Positions 39,496 through 50,777 of a stretch of DNA of 64,000 nucleotides are shown here, piece by piece. Location: assembly GCA_052327205.1 (NCBI GenBank), contig CM126210.1, positions 67,394,001-67,458,000 of the forward strand. Reading direction: 5' to 3'. The DNA is from Somniosus microcephalus. Taxonomy: Eukaryota. Under the pieces are notes generated by a model. That model worked only from the letters and a program-made list of their open reading frames with translations. It had not been told where the DNA came from and did no database searches. How positions within the stretch are numbered: position 1 is the stretch's first letter; every line of letters starts with the position of its first letter. Both the position numbers and the translations under genes were made by a program.

Positions 39496-39767
39496 TCGGG
39501 TTGCCAACTCTGGTTGGACGTATTCCTGGAGGATTCATCACATGACCTCCAGCCTCCAACCACCAAACCCAGGCAAACAGCCTTTCCCCCCGCCCCCTAT
39601 TTCTGATACATTTATAACTAATAAATGAAAGTGTACAAAGAAAATGAAAAAAATACACCATTTTTTTAACGTGCCAATTAATTTTCTCACGAGTTTTTGC
39701 TTGCTGCAGTACCCAGGGGATTAATTCCTGGTGACTCCAGAGCAATCCTGGAGGGTTGGAAACCCTA
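39496..39767. mobile_element. hAT-like MITE, inverted relative to the 23570 copy
   Basis: TIRs t.gggttgccaa / ttggaaacccta with a degenerate 8-bp TSD (gatcaact / ggtcaacc). Confidence 0.7.
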
Positions 39768-39959
39768 GGTCAACCGCCCACACTGCACATCCCCAACGAC
39801 ATCAATGCCCTCAACATTTATGTTCCTAGATACCTAAAAGGAACAGCACAGGAGTCAGCTAGTGTATTAAAGCCCTGTTGTACTGCACCCCTAACTACAT
39901 ACACCTCGGAAGTGACTACCATGGTTTTATTTTGCAAATTACTGTTTACATAAGTAGCA

Positions 39960-40430
39960 GAAGAAAGATTTTATTTATACAGCATCTTTCATGACCTCAG
40001 GACATCCCAAAGCGCTTTACAGCCAATGAAGTACTTTTGAAGTGGAGTCACTGTTGTAATGTAGGAAATGACTGCAAATGCTGGGCCATGGTCAGCCTTG
40101 GCTCAGTTGGTAGCACTCTTGCCTTTGAGTCAGAAGGTCGTGGGTTCAAGCCCCACTCCAAGAGACTTGACCAAAAGCTTGGTCAAAGAGGTAGGTTTTA
40201 AAGAGCGCCTTAAAAGGAGAGGTGGAGATTTAGGGAGGGAATTCCAGACCTTGGGGCAGAGCAGCTGAAGACATATCTGCCAAAGATAGAGCAGTGAAAT
40301 TTAGGGATGCACATGAGGCCAGCATTGGAGGAGTGCAGTTATCTCAGAAGGTTGTAGGGCTGGAGGAGATTACAGAGAGAGGGAGGGGCAAGGCCATGGA
40401 GGGATTTAATAACAAGGATGAGAATTTAAA
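39960..40430. mobile_element. Cluster: DeuSINE tail (-), SINE tRNA head (40095-40170, +) and L2 fragment (-)
   Basis: Sequence matches to the other copies in the window. Confidence 0.7.
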
Positions 40431-41658
40431 AAAAGTAAAATATTGAACTGGCATGGAAAGTGTTAATATTTGCAGCATTGCCACAGGTTTATTAAAAATG
40501 CCCCAGTAGAAGACATCACAATTGGATGTCCCTCAAGAGTAGATCCTGCATACTTTGCCACATAAACGTTGGCAATTATGATATATGTTATAATTAGCTG
40601 TCTGTGCCCCTCCTGTTCTGAAGCCATGTGCACACTGCTGCTGCCAAGCCCAAACACAGACCAATATCTAAACCCTCTGGTGCAGGGTTTTTAATTTATA
40701 ATGTAGCCCTAATCCTTTATTTTGTGTGTGTGTGTGTGTGTGTTGGCCTTGCTAGCTGATTTGGCTAATTTAAAAGTTATATAAACGTACACAGTGCAAT
40801 CCCACAGGCGCAAGTGGCTCGATTTCGATGGCACTGTGACTGGTTCCAAGGGAAAATGGCCTTTTCTGTCACCATCTCTCTCCCAGCTCATGGGGTTGCG
40901 AAAACAAGCTTTGCATATTTTTTGTCTCACTCTAAGAGGAGTTTTGTGACACGACTATTTTGTGCAAGATAGGAAGCGGTTGAAAGGAGTTGTGGCGGTT
41001 TTGTTGAAACACAGCTGTAACTCAGCATAAACAAGGAAAAAGTGGGTTTGAAATGGGCTGAAAGGTGAAAACTCAACCCCTCCCACTGCCAAACATGTAG
41101 AGAGGCAAATGCGCTGTTTTTCATCCATAAATACAAAGATAGGGGTTTAGTGACTCATGGGGCAGGACCGCATCAAGTCAACAGTTCAGAATAGGAAGTG
41201 AGATTAGATTAACACCACAAATGCACTTCTCTTTTCAAACTGTCCCTAAACGAGTACAAAGGTGAGTTAAAAAAAATAAATATGGAAGAAATCAGAAAAA
41301 AAATGCTTGGCTTATTTTTTGAACCTCTTTGATTAACCGTGAAAAACCCCTTTTCCAGCCTGTGTTAGTAAATGTTGCAATTAATTAATTTGGAGCAGGG
41401 TTGAGCACAGAATATTCTAGATGTGCCTGCATGCTAGCAACAATGAGCGAATCCAGCCCACATTCTTTAGCAATCCTGGCCCAGTGCCGAGTTGAGAGAG
41501 AGAGAGACAGCAAAAAAATCTAACCTCAACAACCCATTGCCTACATAGCCAAGTTTCCATGACGGCCACTTTACATCTTAACTTTGTTTGCTATTTCTAA
41601 TGCACTGCTGCTTATATCATCGCTGTGCCTACCGTGTGCTAAAGAACACGGGGTGTTG

Positions 41659-41945
41659 ATGGGTCGTCAACTCTCCAGGATTGTCCTGGAGTCTGCAGGA
41701 ATTAAAGATTCATCTCCCAGAGACACTGCTGCCAGCAAAAAAATCCGGGAGAAAAACCATCTGGGGTGTTAAAAACAAAACCGCGTTGTGTGTTTTGTTG
41801 AACATTTTCTTTGAGCATTTTCCTTTATCAATTATTGGAGAGGGGGGTAGGCGGGTGGGGAGGGGGAGGCTATTTGACTGGGGGAGGCAGGAGGTCATGT
41901 GATGAAACCTCCTGGAATATGTCTAACCAGAGTTGGCAAGCCCTC
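41659..41945. mobile_element. Degenerate hAT-like MITE
   Basis: ctccaggattgtcctggagtct...gtcatgtgatgaaacctcc.ggaata.gtc.aaccagagttggcaa, shared with the 23570 copy. Confidence 0.7.
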
Positions 41946-42377
41946 GATGTAGCAGACTGTCTTGACGATTTTTCAAAAACATCTCTTTGATATTTTTTTC
42001 TTCCTACTGCCCGTAACCCCTCCCCCCACCACCCTTTCAAATCTCACAAACCCTCTACTTGATCTGCCAGAGATGACGTGAATAATAGATGCGAGTAGGC
42101 AGCGGTGCCCGGTTTTCGACAGTTGTTTACGAGGAGCGCCTGGTGGGAGACGAGTGCAGGTTTCCTTTGTGCCCTTGAGGCCTTGGTGGAGGAGGGGCCG
42201 AGGGACTGCCAGAGGAAGCTGTCTCGCTTTGGAAAAGCAGCCCGGGTGTTCCTTTGACCCCTTTTGTGTGGCTAGAGAGGCAATTCAAGATGCTACTCTG
42301 CGTAGAAGGTCCTTTAACAACACAAAAGTGGAAGTCAGGGGGAGGGGGGGTTGGGAGTAGGCATGCTCCTTAACTCT

Positions 42378-44051
42378 GGCTCCCTGTACCGAGCTGGATC
42401 AGTGGTGTAAATGGCAGCTCCCTGTACCGAGCTGGATCAGTGGTGTAAATGGCAGCTCCCTGTACCGAGCTGGATCAGTGGTGTAAATGGCAGCTCCCTG
42501 TACCGAGCTGCATCAGTGGTGTAAATGGCAGCTCCCTGTACCGAGCTGGATCAGTGGTGTAAATGGCAGCTCCCTGTACCGAGCTGGATCAGTGGTGTAA
42601 ATGGCAGCTCCCTGTACCGAGCTGGATCAGTGGTGTAAATGGCAGCTCCCTGTACCGAGCTGGATCAGTGGTGTAAATGGCAGCTCCCTGTACCGAGCTG
42701 GATCAGTGGTGTAAATGGCAGCTCCCTGTACCGAGCTGGATCAGTGGTGTAAATGGCAGCTCCCTGTACCAAGCTGCATCAATGGTGTAAATGGCAGCTC
42801 CCTGTACCGAGCTGGATCACAGAACTCACAGACACAGAAACCCCACAGTGCAGATAGAGGCCATTTCGGCCCATCGAGCCTGCACCGACACATATCCCAC
42901 CCTATCCCCGTAACCCCACGTATTTAATCCCCCTAACACTAAGGGTCAATTTATCATAGCCAATCAACCTAACCTGCACATCTTTGGACTGTGGGAGGAA
43001 ACCGGAGCACCCGGAGGAAACCCACGCAAACACGGGGAGAATGTGCAAACTCCACACAGACAGTCGCCCGAGGCCGGATTCGAACCCGGGTCCCTGGCGC
43101 TGTGAGACAACAGTGCTAACCACTATGCCACCCTAACCCTAACCGATCAGTGGTGTAAATGGCAGCTCCCTGTACCGAGCTGGATCAGTGGTGTAAATGG
43201 CAGCTCCCTGTACCGAGCTGGATCAGTGGTGTAAATGGCAGCTCCCTGTACCGAGCTGGATCAGTGGTGTCAATGGCAGCTCCCTGTACCGAGCTGGATC
43301 AGTGGTGTCAATGGCAGCTCCCTGTACCGAGCTGGATCAGTGGTGTAAATGGCAGCTCCCTGTACTGAGCTGGATCAGTGGTGTAAATGGCAGCTCCCTG
43401 TACCGAGCTGGATCAGTGGTGTCAATGGCAGCTCCCTGTACCGAGCTGGATCAGTGGTGTCAATGGCAGCTCCCTGTACCGAGCTGGATCAGTGGTGTAA
43501 ATGGCAGCTCCCTGTACCGAGCTGGATCAGTGGTGTAAATGGCAGCTCCCTGTACCGAGCTGGATCAGTGGTGTCAATGGCAGCTCCCTGTACCGAGCTG
43601 GATCAGTGGTGTAAATGGCAGCTCCCTGTACCGAGCTGGATCAGTGGTGTAAATGGCAGCTCCCTGTACCGAGCTGGATCAGTGCTGTAAATGGCAGCTC
43701 CCTGTACCGAGCTGGATCAGTGGTGTAAATGGCAGCTCCCTGTACCGAGCTGGATCAGTGGTGTAAATGGCAGCTCCCTGTACCGAGCTGGATCAGTGGT
43801 GTAAATGGCAGCTCCCTGTACCGAGCTGGATCAGTGGTGTAAATGGCAGCTCCCTGTACCGAGCTGGATCAGTGCTGTAAATGGCAGCTCCCTGTACCGA
43901 GCTGGATCAGTGGTGTAAATGGCAGCTCCCTGTACCGAGCTGGATCAGTGGTGTAAATGGCAGCTCCCTGTACCGAGCTGGATCAGTGGTGTAAATGGCA
44001 GCTCCCTGTACCAAGCTGGATCAGTGGTGTAAATGGCAGCTCCCTGTACCA
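42378..44051. repeat. 38-bp minisatellite, about 35 near-identical copies, interrupted by a SINE
   Basis: Unit ggcagctccctgtaccgagctggatcagtggtgtaaat. Confidence 0.97.
42820..43144 (-). mobile_element. V-SINE (HE1-like): tRNA head, V domain and CR1-derived tail
   Basis: On -: A box tggcatagtggt, B box ggttcgaatcc, V domain gtggagtttgcacattctccccgtg...gggtttcctccgggtgctccggtttcctcccaca, and CR1 hairpin gggccgaaatggcc. TSD GATC(A). Confidence 0.9.
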
Positions 44052-44814
44052 GTAGTGTCACACATCCTGCTGAATAACTGCCATGAAAGGCTTGCTGGGA
44101 GAGCAGGCCTGAAATGCGTAACTGTTATTTGCGAGTCATCTTAATCAATGCGCCCCATCAGCTGATGCTAGCACTACATACCATAAATTATGACTCCACA
44201 AAGCCCCTCCTGACAGACTAAAGAGGCCTCTCGCAGCCCTTGGCAGGCAGCCAGCAGCTCGCATAGGCACAGCATTCAGTACACAAACAACCTCGCTCTC
44301 ATCTTCCAGTGCAGTCCTCGTCCTAATTTCCATTTCACAGACTTCGAGCCACGCAACGGAGGGGGGAGAGAGAGGGGAGAGAGGAGAGAGAGAGACTCCC
44401 AGAAGCCGAGATGAAAGCGCAGACGTTCGAGAAGCTGATTCGAGCCTCTTTGTAGGTCATGACTTTTAGCAATGGTTTTATTCTGCTGCTGGGAGCTGGT
44501 GATGGAGATTTCTCTTTGCAGCTCAAGTGCACAAATGCTCTTCTCCCACCCGCTCCACACCCTCCTTTATTTACTGAGGACTCAAAAGAGCAGTGATATC
44601 AGTTGCCTAAAAATAGGAGCAGCTTTTTACTGCAGCTAATTCAATGGAAGAAAGGGACACATGACCATGGAATTGAGACTTCAAGTACTGTCAGAAAGTT
44701 TTGTTCTCATCCCTTCGTATGTTGTTTTCTCCTGAGGGCCAAAAGTAATTGGACTTCCCTTGACACAACAGCAAGGGAAAAAAACGAACCCATCTTATAT
44801 AAAAACAGAAGGTG

Positions 44815-45270
44815 TCAGCCGTGGCTCAGTTGGCAGCACTCTCGCCTCCGAGTTATAAGGTCACGGGTTCACATCTAACTCCAGGAACTGAAGCACATAA
44901 TCCAGGCTCACACTCCCAGTGCAGTATTGAGGGAATGCTGCACTGTCAGAGGTGCTGTCTTTCACTTAAGACATCAAACCGAGGCCCCGTCTGCCCTCTC
45001 AGGTGGATGTAACAGATCCTATGACACTATGTTGAAGCAGGGGAGTTCTCCCCAGTGTCCTGGCCGATATTTATCCCTCAATCAACACCACTGAAACAGA
45101 TTATCTGGTCATTATTACATTGCTGTTTGTCGGAGCTTGCCGTGTACAAATTGGCTGCCGCATTTCCTACATTACAACGGTGACTACACTTCCAAAGTAC
45201 TTCATTGGCTGTAAAGCACTTTGAGACATCCTGAGGATGTGAAAGACACTAAATAAATGCAAATCTTTCA
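44815..45270 (+). mobile_element. Near full-length DeuSINE (SacSINE1-like)
   Basis: tRNA-like head, Deu core and L2-like tail ending aaatgcaa.tcttt. Confidence 0.85.
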
Positions 45271-45299
45271 TTTGCATTGGTGACAAAAAAGAAATGATG

Positions 45300-45901
45300 A
45301 GCCTCATTCATTCCTTTGTTGCCTCTAGACTTGACTATTCCAACACACTCCTGGCTGGCCTCCCACACTCTACCCTACGTAAATTTGAGGTCATCCAAAA
45401 CTCGACTGCCCGTATCCCAACTCGCACCAAGTCCCGTTCGCCCTTCACTCCTGTGCTTGCTGACCTACACTGGCTCCCGGTTAAGCAGCGCCTCAATTTC
45501 AAAATTCTCATCGTTGTTTTCAAATCACTCCATGACCTGGCCCCTCCCGATCTCTGAAATCTCCCTCAGCCCCACAAGCCCCTGAGATATCTGCGCTCCT
45601 CCAATTCTGCCCTCTTGAGCATCCCTGATTATAATCACTCAACCATTGGTGGCCATGCCTTCTGTTGCCTAGGCTCTAAGCTCTGGAATTCCCTGCCTAA
45701 ACCTCTCGGCCTCTCTACCTCTCTTTCCTCCTTTACGACGCTCCTTAAACCCTACCTCTTTGACCAAGCTTTTGGTCACCTGGCCTAAATTCTCCTTATG
45801 TGGCTCGGTGTCAAATTTTTTGTCTTATAATACTCCTGTGAAGCACCTTGGGACATTTTACTACGTTAAAGGTGCTATATAAATACAAGTTGTTGTTGTT
45901 G
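45300..45901 (+). mobile_element. L2 3' portion
   Basis: LIHSFVASRLDYSN..LAGLP...LHWLPV motif and a (TTG)n tail. Confidence 0.9.
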
Positions 45902-46189
45902 CTGATTTGCTGCATCAACTGTCAGGGTCTTCAAAGTCCAGTATCACTGTGTCATTTCCCGAAGTGAAGCAGAGTGTCAATGCAAACATTGCTTTGACTC
46001 TCCTCTTCCACTGCAGATAACAAAGCGCACATGCGCATAACCTTCATATGCAACCAACACAGTTGGAACAGGCCACAGTGGTTGCAAGACTGGCTCAAAT
46101 CAGACCTCCAACTGCAGACTTGTCTGAGGAGCGAGGGCAGGGGGGGAAACTGATAATTAAACTGAAGAAAAAAACAAGTTAACCACTCT

Positions 46190-46348
46190 ATTCTATCTAC
46201 TAACAATACCCCTCTTTCCATCCATTCCTTATATTTACAATACACCCTCTTTCCATCTATGCCAATCTATTTACAATATCCTCACTTTCCATCTGTACCA
46301 ATCCGTACACAATTCCCCCTCTTTCCCTCTGTACCAATCTATTTAAAT
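46190..46348. repeat. Degenerate copies of the 35-bp satellite (also 48285-48506 and 48842-48936)
   Basis: ccctctttccatctataccaatctat..acaat units. Confidence 0.75.
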
Positions 46349-48282
46349 TACATAATGGCAGTAGAAAAATGAACATGACTAACAGCAGTTAGAAACAGAA
46401 ATCAAGATGGATTGAAGTAAAAGATAAGAAGGGATCGATCACACATACTAGAGACCACCTAATAGTGGAAAGGAGGTGGAGGAGGTAATATGTAAGCGAA
46501 TATGTGAAATGAGTAAAGGACATAGAATAATAATCATGGGAGATTTTAACTATCCCCAAATAAACTGGCAAGAAGAGGTAGCAAAATGGGTACAAGGAAT
46601 GGAGTTTTTACAACGTCTGCAGGACTCCTTTCTTATCCAGTATATAAAAACCTCATCAAGAGAGGGAACACTGCTGGATCTAATAATGGGAAATGAACCA
46701 GAACAGGACTCCTAGGAGAACATCTAGGCAATATCGATCACAACTAAATAAAGTTTAAAATAAAGATTGAGAAGGACATAAGTAAGACAAAGCCCAAAGT
46801 AATAAATTGGAAAAAAGATGATTTTAAGGGGATGAGAATGGAACTAGGGAAAATAAACCGGAAAAGTGTACTGACAAATAAAAAAATAGAATAGCAGTAG
46901 GAAACATTTAAAACGATATTCAATAGAATCCAGGAGAAATATATCCCACTAAAAACAAAAAACAAACTAGCCAGTAATGACACACCATGGATGAATAAAG
47001 AAATAAGGCCAAAATTGGAACTAAAGAAAAAAGGCACACATTAAGTACATAGACAACAAAGGAGAGGATGACAAAAGGGAATACAAAAAGGTTACGAAAG
47101 AAGTCAAAAAAACTATTAGGAAGGCATAGTAGACTCATGACTAAGATCAGAGCATGTGGAGTCAGGGGACAAGTAGCAGAATGGATAGCAAGTTGGCTGC
47201 AAAACAGAAAACAAAGAGATGGGGTTTATGGCAGCTACTCAGATTGGCAAATGGTAGTAAGTGGGGTTCCACAAGGATCGGTGCTGGGAACACTGTTGTT
47301 CAACATTTACATAAACAATTTGGACTCAGGAATCGGAATTACAATGTCTAAATTTGCGGACAACACCAAATTGGGGGATGTGGTTAACACAGAGGAGGAC
47401 TGGGGGGAATACAGGTAGACATTAATACATTTACAGAATGGGCATATAATTGGCAAATGAACTTCAATATATAAGTGCGAGCTAATGCATTTTGGTAGGG
47501 AGAATAAGGAGGTCACATACTCCTTGGAAAAAAGTGTCTAAATGGGGTAGAGGAACAGAGGGATCTGGGGTTACAGATACACAGATCACTAAAAGAAGTG
47601 ATGCAGGTTAATAAGGCCATAAAAAAGCAAACAAAGCACTGAGGTTCATTTTTAGAAGGATAGAACTGAAAAGCAGAGAAGTTATGTTAAACTTGTATAG
47701 AACCTTGGTTAGACCACACTTGGAGTACTGTGAACAGTTCTGATCTCCATATTGTAAAAAGGATATAGAGGCACTGGAGAAGGTGCAAAAAAGATTGACT
47801 AAAATGATACCAGAACCAAGAGTTTATACCTATCAGGAAAGATTGAACAGGCTAGGGCTCTTTCCTCAAGAAACGAGAAGGCTGAGGGATGACCTGATAG
47901 AGGTCTTCAGGTTTATGAAAGGTTTGATAGGGTAGACATAGAGGAGATGTTTCCACTCGTGGGCAAGACCAGAAGTAGGGGCCATAAATAATAGATAGTC
48001 ACTAATAAATCCAATAGGGAATTCAGGAGAAACTTCTTTACCCAGAGAGTGATGAGAATGTGGAACTCACTACCACAGGGAGTAGTTCAGGCGAATAGCA
48101 TAGGTACATTCAAGGGGAAGCTAGATAAACACATGAGGGGGAAAGGAATCGAAGGATATGTTGATGGGTTTAGATGAAGAGGGGTGGGAGGAGGCTTGTG
48201 GGGAGCATTAACACCAGCATGGACCTGTTGGGCCAAATGGCCTGTTTCTGTGCTATAAATACTTTGTAATACTTTGTAATTA
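46349..48282 (+). mobile_element. Decayed CR1 (APE fragment, internal deletion, RT C-terminus, 3' tail)
   Basis: MGDFNYP, LDLIMGN, GVPQGSVLG and FADNTK motifs with multiple stops. Confidence 0.9.
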
Positions 48283-48506
48283 ACCTCTCTCTTCATCTAT
48301 ACCAATCAATATACCATAATCCATCTTTCCATCTAATCCAATCTATTCACAATACCCCCTCATTCCAGCAGATGAGCTTCGGCAGTTAGAGTCTATTCAA
48401 TCTATTTTCAATACCCCTTCTGTCCATCTAAATCAATCTACTTACCATCCCTCTCTTTCCACCTATATCAATCTATTTACAATACCCACTTTGCATCTAT
48501 ACCAAT

Positions 48507-48841
48507 TGTAGCAGGGTGATTGAGCGTCGGTACCTCGGCCATAGGCTGATGTGGGCTCTGCTCCTCAAGTGAAGGTATGGCCCCTTTAAGAACCTCCCCT
48601 TTAAAAATAGTTGCACCCAGAGTGGGAGCATCTGGAGCGGAAGGAGATTTTCCCCAGCCAGGTGAGCAGAACAAGGGAGGTTCAGGGCAGTAAGAGTTGA
48701 GAGAGGCTAGGAGTTGCAGAGCTAAAAGGCATATTGTGTGATCTTGCTTGTGTTATGTGCATTAAAAGGTGTTTGGAACTTGGATTGGTCAAGGACCACT
48801 GTTTGTACAACAAATAAGGCCAATGGTATGACCCTGTAACA
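48507..48841 (+). mobile_element. Probable solo LTR
   Basis: TG...CA ends with short inverted termini (tgtagcagggt / accctgtaaca) and internal TATA-like and ATTAAA signals. It interrupts the 35-bp satellite. The TSD is poor. Confidence 0.55.
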
Positions 48842-48936
48842 CCGTCTATACCAATCAATTTGCAATAAACCCTCTTTCAATTATATCAATCGATATACAA
48901 TACCACTCTTTCCATCTGTACCAATCTATATACAAT

Positions 48937-50249
48937 GGCCTGTATTTTGCGGTCAGTGGCGAAGGATCAGCCCTTGCCGTTCATCATGCTGACAGCTGCC
49001 CACAGAATTTTCACGGGCTTTTGAGCGACGATTTGCGGTTCCTGGAGATCATTTCTGGCGTGGTGCCCTCTACAGGGGAACTGTGGCGTGTGTGACCAGG
49101 ACAAGCAACTTCATGTCTCCTCAACCAATCAGATTGAAGAATCCTCACTGAGACACACAGGGCTGGATTTTCATTGAGGAGACGGGTAGGAGGCAGGACT
49201 ACAACTTTCGGGGTTGTAGTCCCGCCTCCATCGAGTTGTAGCCAACCCACGCAATTTTGACTTGATTGACCTTGTTGAGCCCACCCAGCAGGCTCAGCAG
49301 GCCAATTAAGGACCACCTGGCAACAGGTGATGTCACAGATTGATATTTCATCTGTCAAGACCTTTTGACAGATGAAATATCAGTGTTTGACAACTGTTTG
49401 AAGCTGTCAAACTCTGACAATCTGTACTCTAAGTTAATTCCTTCCTCTCAGGATGATTTAGAGATCTCTCCAGAACAGAAAGCTGAATGCTCCAATTTTT
49501 GACAGATCATGGCAATTCTGCTTTCTGTGCCGGTGAGATGAGGGACTCCCAAGACCTGAAGGAAGGAAGGCTGTAAAGGTAAGTAAAACGTCTTTAAACA
49601 CTTGAAACACACCAAACACACTTACTTCTGCACTCATGCACCCATCACTCACCTGAACACGGGACATCTCGACCCCTCCAAACCCTTCAGCCCGACGGCC
49701 CGCCTTGCTAACTAGGCGTGGTTTGAAGCCGTTGGGAATCTCACACTTCAAGAATGAAAATAGGGATTAAGCTAAAAACTTCCTGTTAACTACCTGTTAA
49801 CAGGCAGTTAATTGGCACTAATCCCCTTCCCGCCTCGGGGAGGCGGGTCCCAGTGCAGGTCGGGTACCCGCCTCCTTTGAAACTGGCATGGAGACGAGTT
49901 GGGGGCAGGATGGGTTTGTGCCCCCCGATTTCATGATTTTAACTCCCCACACGCCTCCAATCCCGCCTCCACGGCCCAATGAAAATCCTGCCCGCAGAGT
50001 CTAAACCAGGAAAGATAAATGACATTTAATTCATTGTAAAATCACGTACAGAAAGCAAAATAATGAGAAGGAAAGAAAGTTAGGAGTAAGAGAGAGAGAT
50101 AAAAGAAACAGAAAGAAATAGTTAAAAAATTATTTTATTTTATTTTTTTATTTTTTTAAATCTCCAACAATAATTAAATTCTGAAGGAATGAGACTTTGC
50201 TCTTGTAAAAGTAAATTTTCAGGGCCAGAGACGTTATTTGGCTGTAATT
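48937..50249. mobile_element. Harbinger-like MITE (family of 33016-33774, inverted, truncated) containing a nested MITE
   Basis: Starts ggcctgtattttgcggtcag after AAT and is colinear with the reverse complement of 33330-33774. Confidence 0.75.
49160..49993. mobile_element. Nested Harbinger-like MITE
   Basis: TIRs gggctggattttcattg / caatgaaaatcctgccc with TSD (A/G)CA. The empty site is visible in the 33016 copy. Confidence 0.85.
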
Positions 50250-50777
50250 TGGAATGGGTAAATTGGCTAAACCTACTGGGTGATGATGAGACTGATGTAG
50301 AATACAAATGGAAAGTGTTTAAGAATAAGATAAAAAATATGGAAAACAAATATGTACCTAAAGTCAAAAGAAGGGAGTGTGGTAAGAAAAAGCCACGGTG
50401 GCTGACTGGTTATGTACAAAGACAAATAAGATGTAAACAGAAATGTTTCTATACATTAAAGACATTTAATACTTAACTGAACAGAGTTAAGTACAAGGAA
50501 CAACTGAAGAAAATGAAGGCTGCTATTAGATCAGCCAAAAGACTAAAGGAAAAAAAGATTGTAGACAACTGTAGAAGTAATGCGAAAAGCTTTTTTCAGT
50601 TATGTGAAGAGTCAGAGAACTGTCAAAGACTGTATTGCGTCATTGAAGGGTGCTTAAGGACAGGTTACAATGACTCACTGGGAATGGCGGAAATATTAAA
50701 TGAGTACTTTGCATGCTCGATTATTAGAATTTAATAATGTTACTAGCAAAACTAGTATTAACATAGCTGAACATGTT

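Noticed and set aside
43075-43132. tRNA gene (also 21460, 40095, 44815)
   Set aside because: The A and B boxes are SINE heads continuing into SINE bodies, with no complete cloverleaf.
42378-44051. CRISPR-like array of 38-bp repeats
   Set aside because: The repeats are head-to-tail with no unique spacers, there are no cas genes, and the context is vertebrate.
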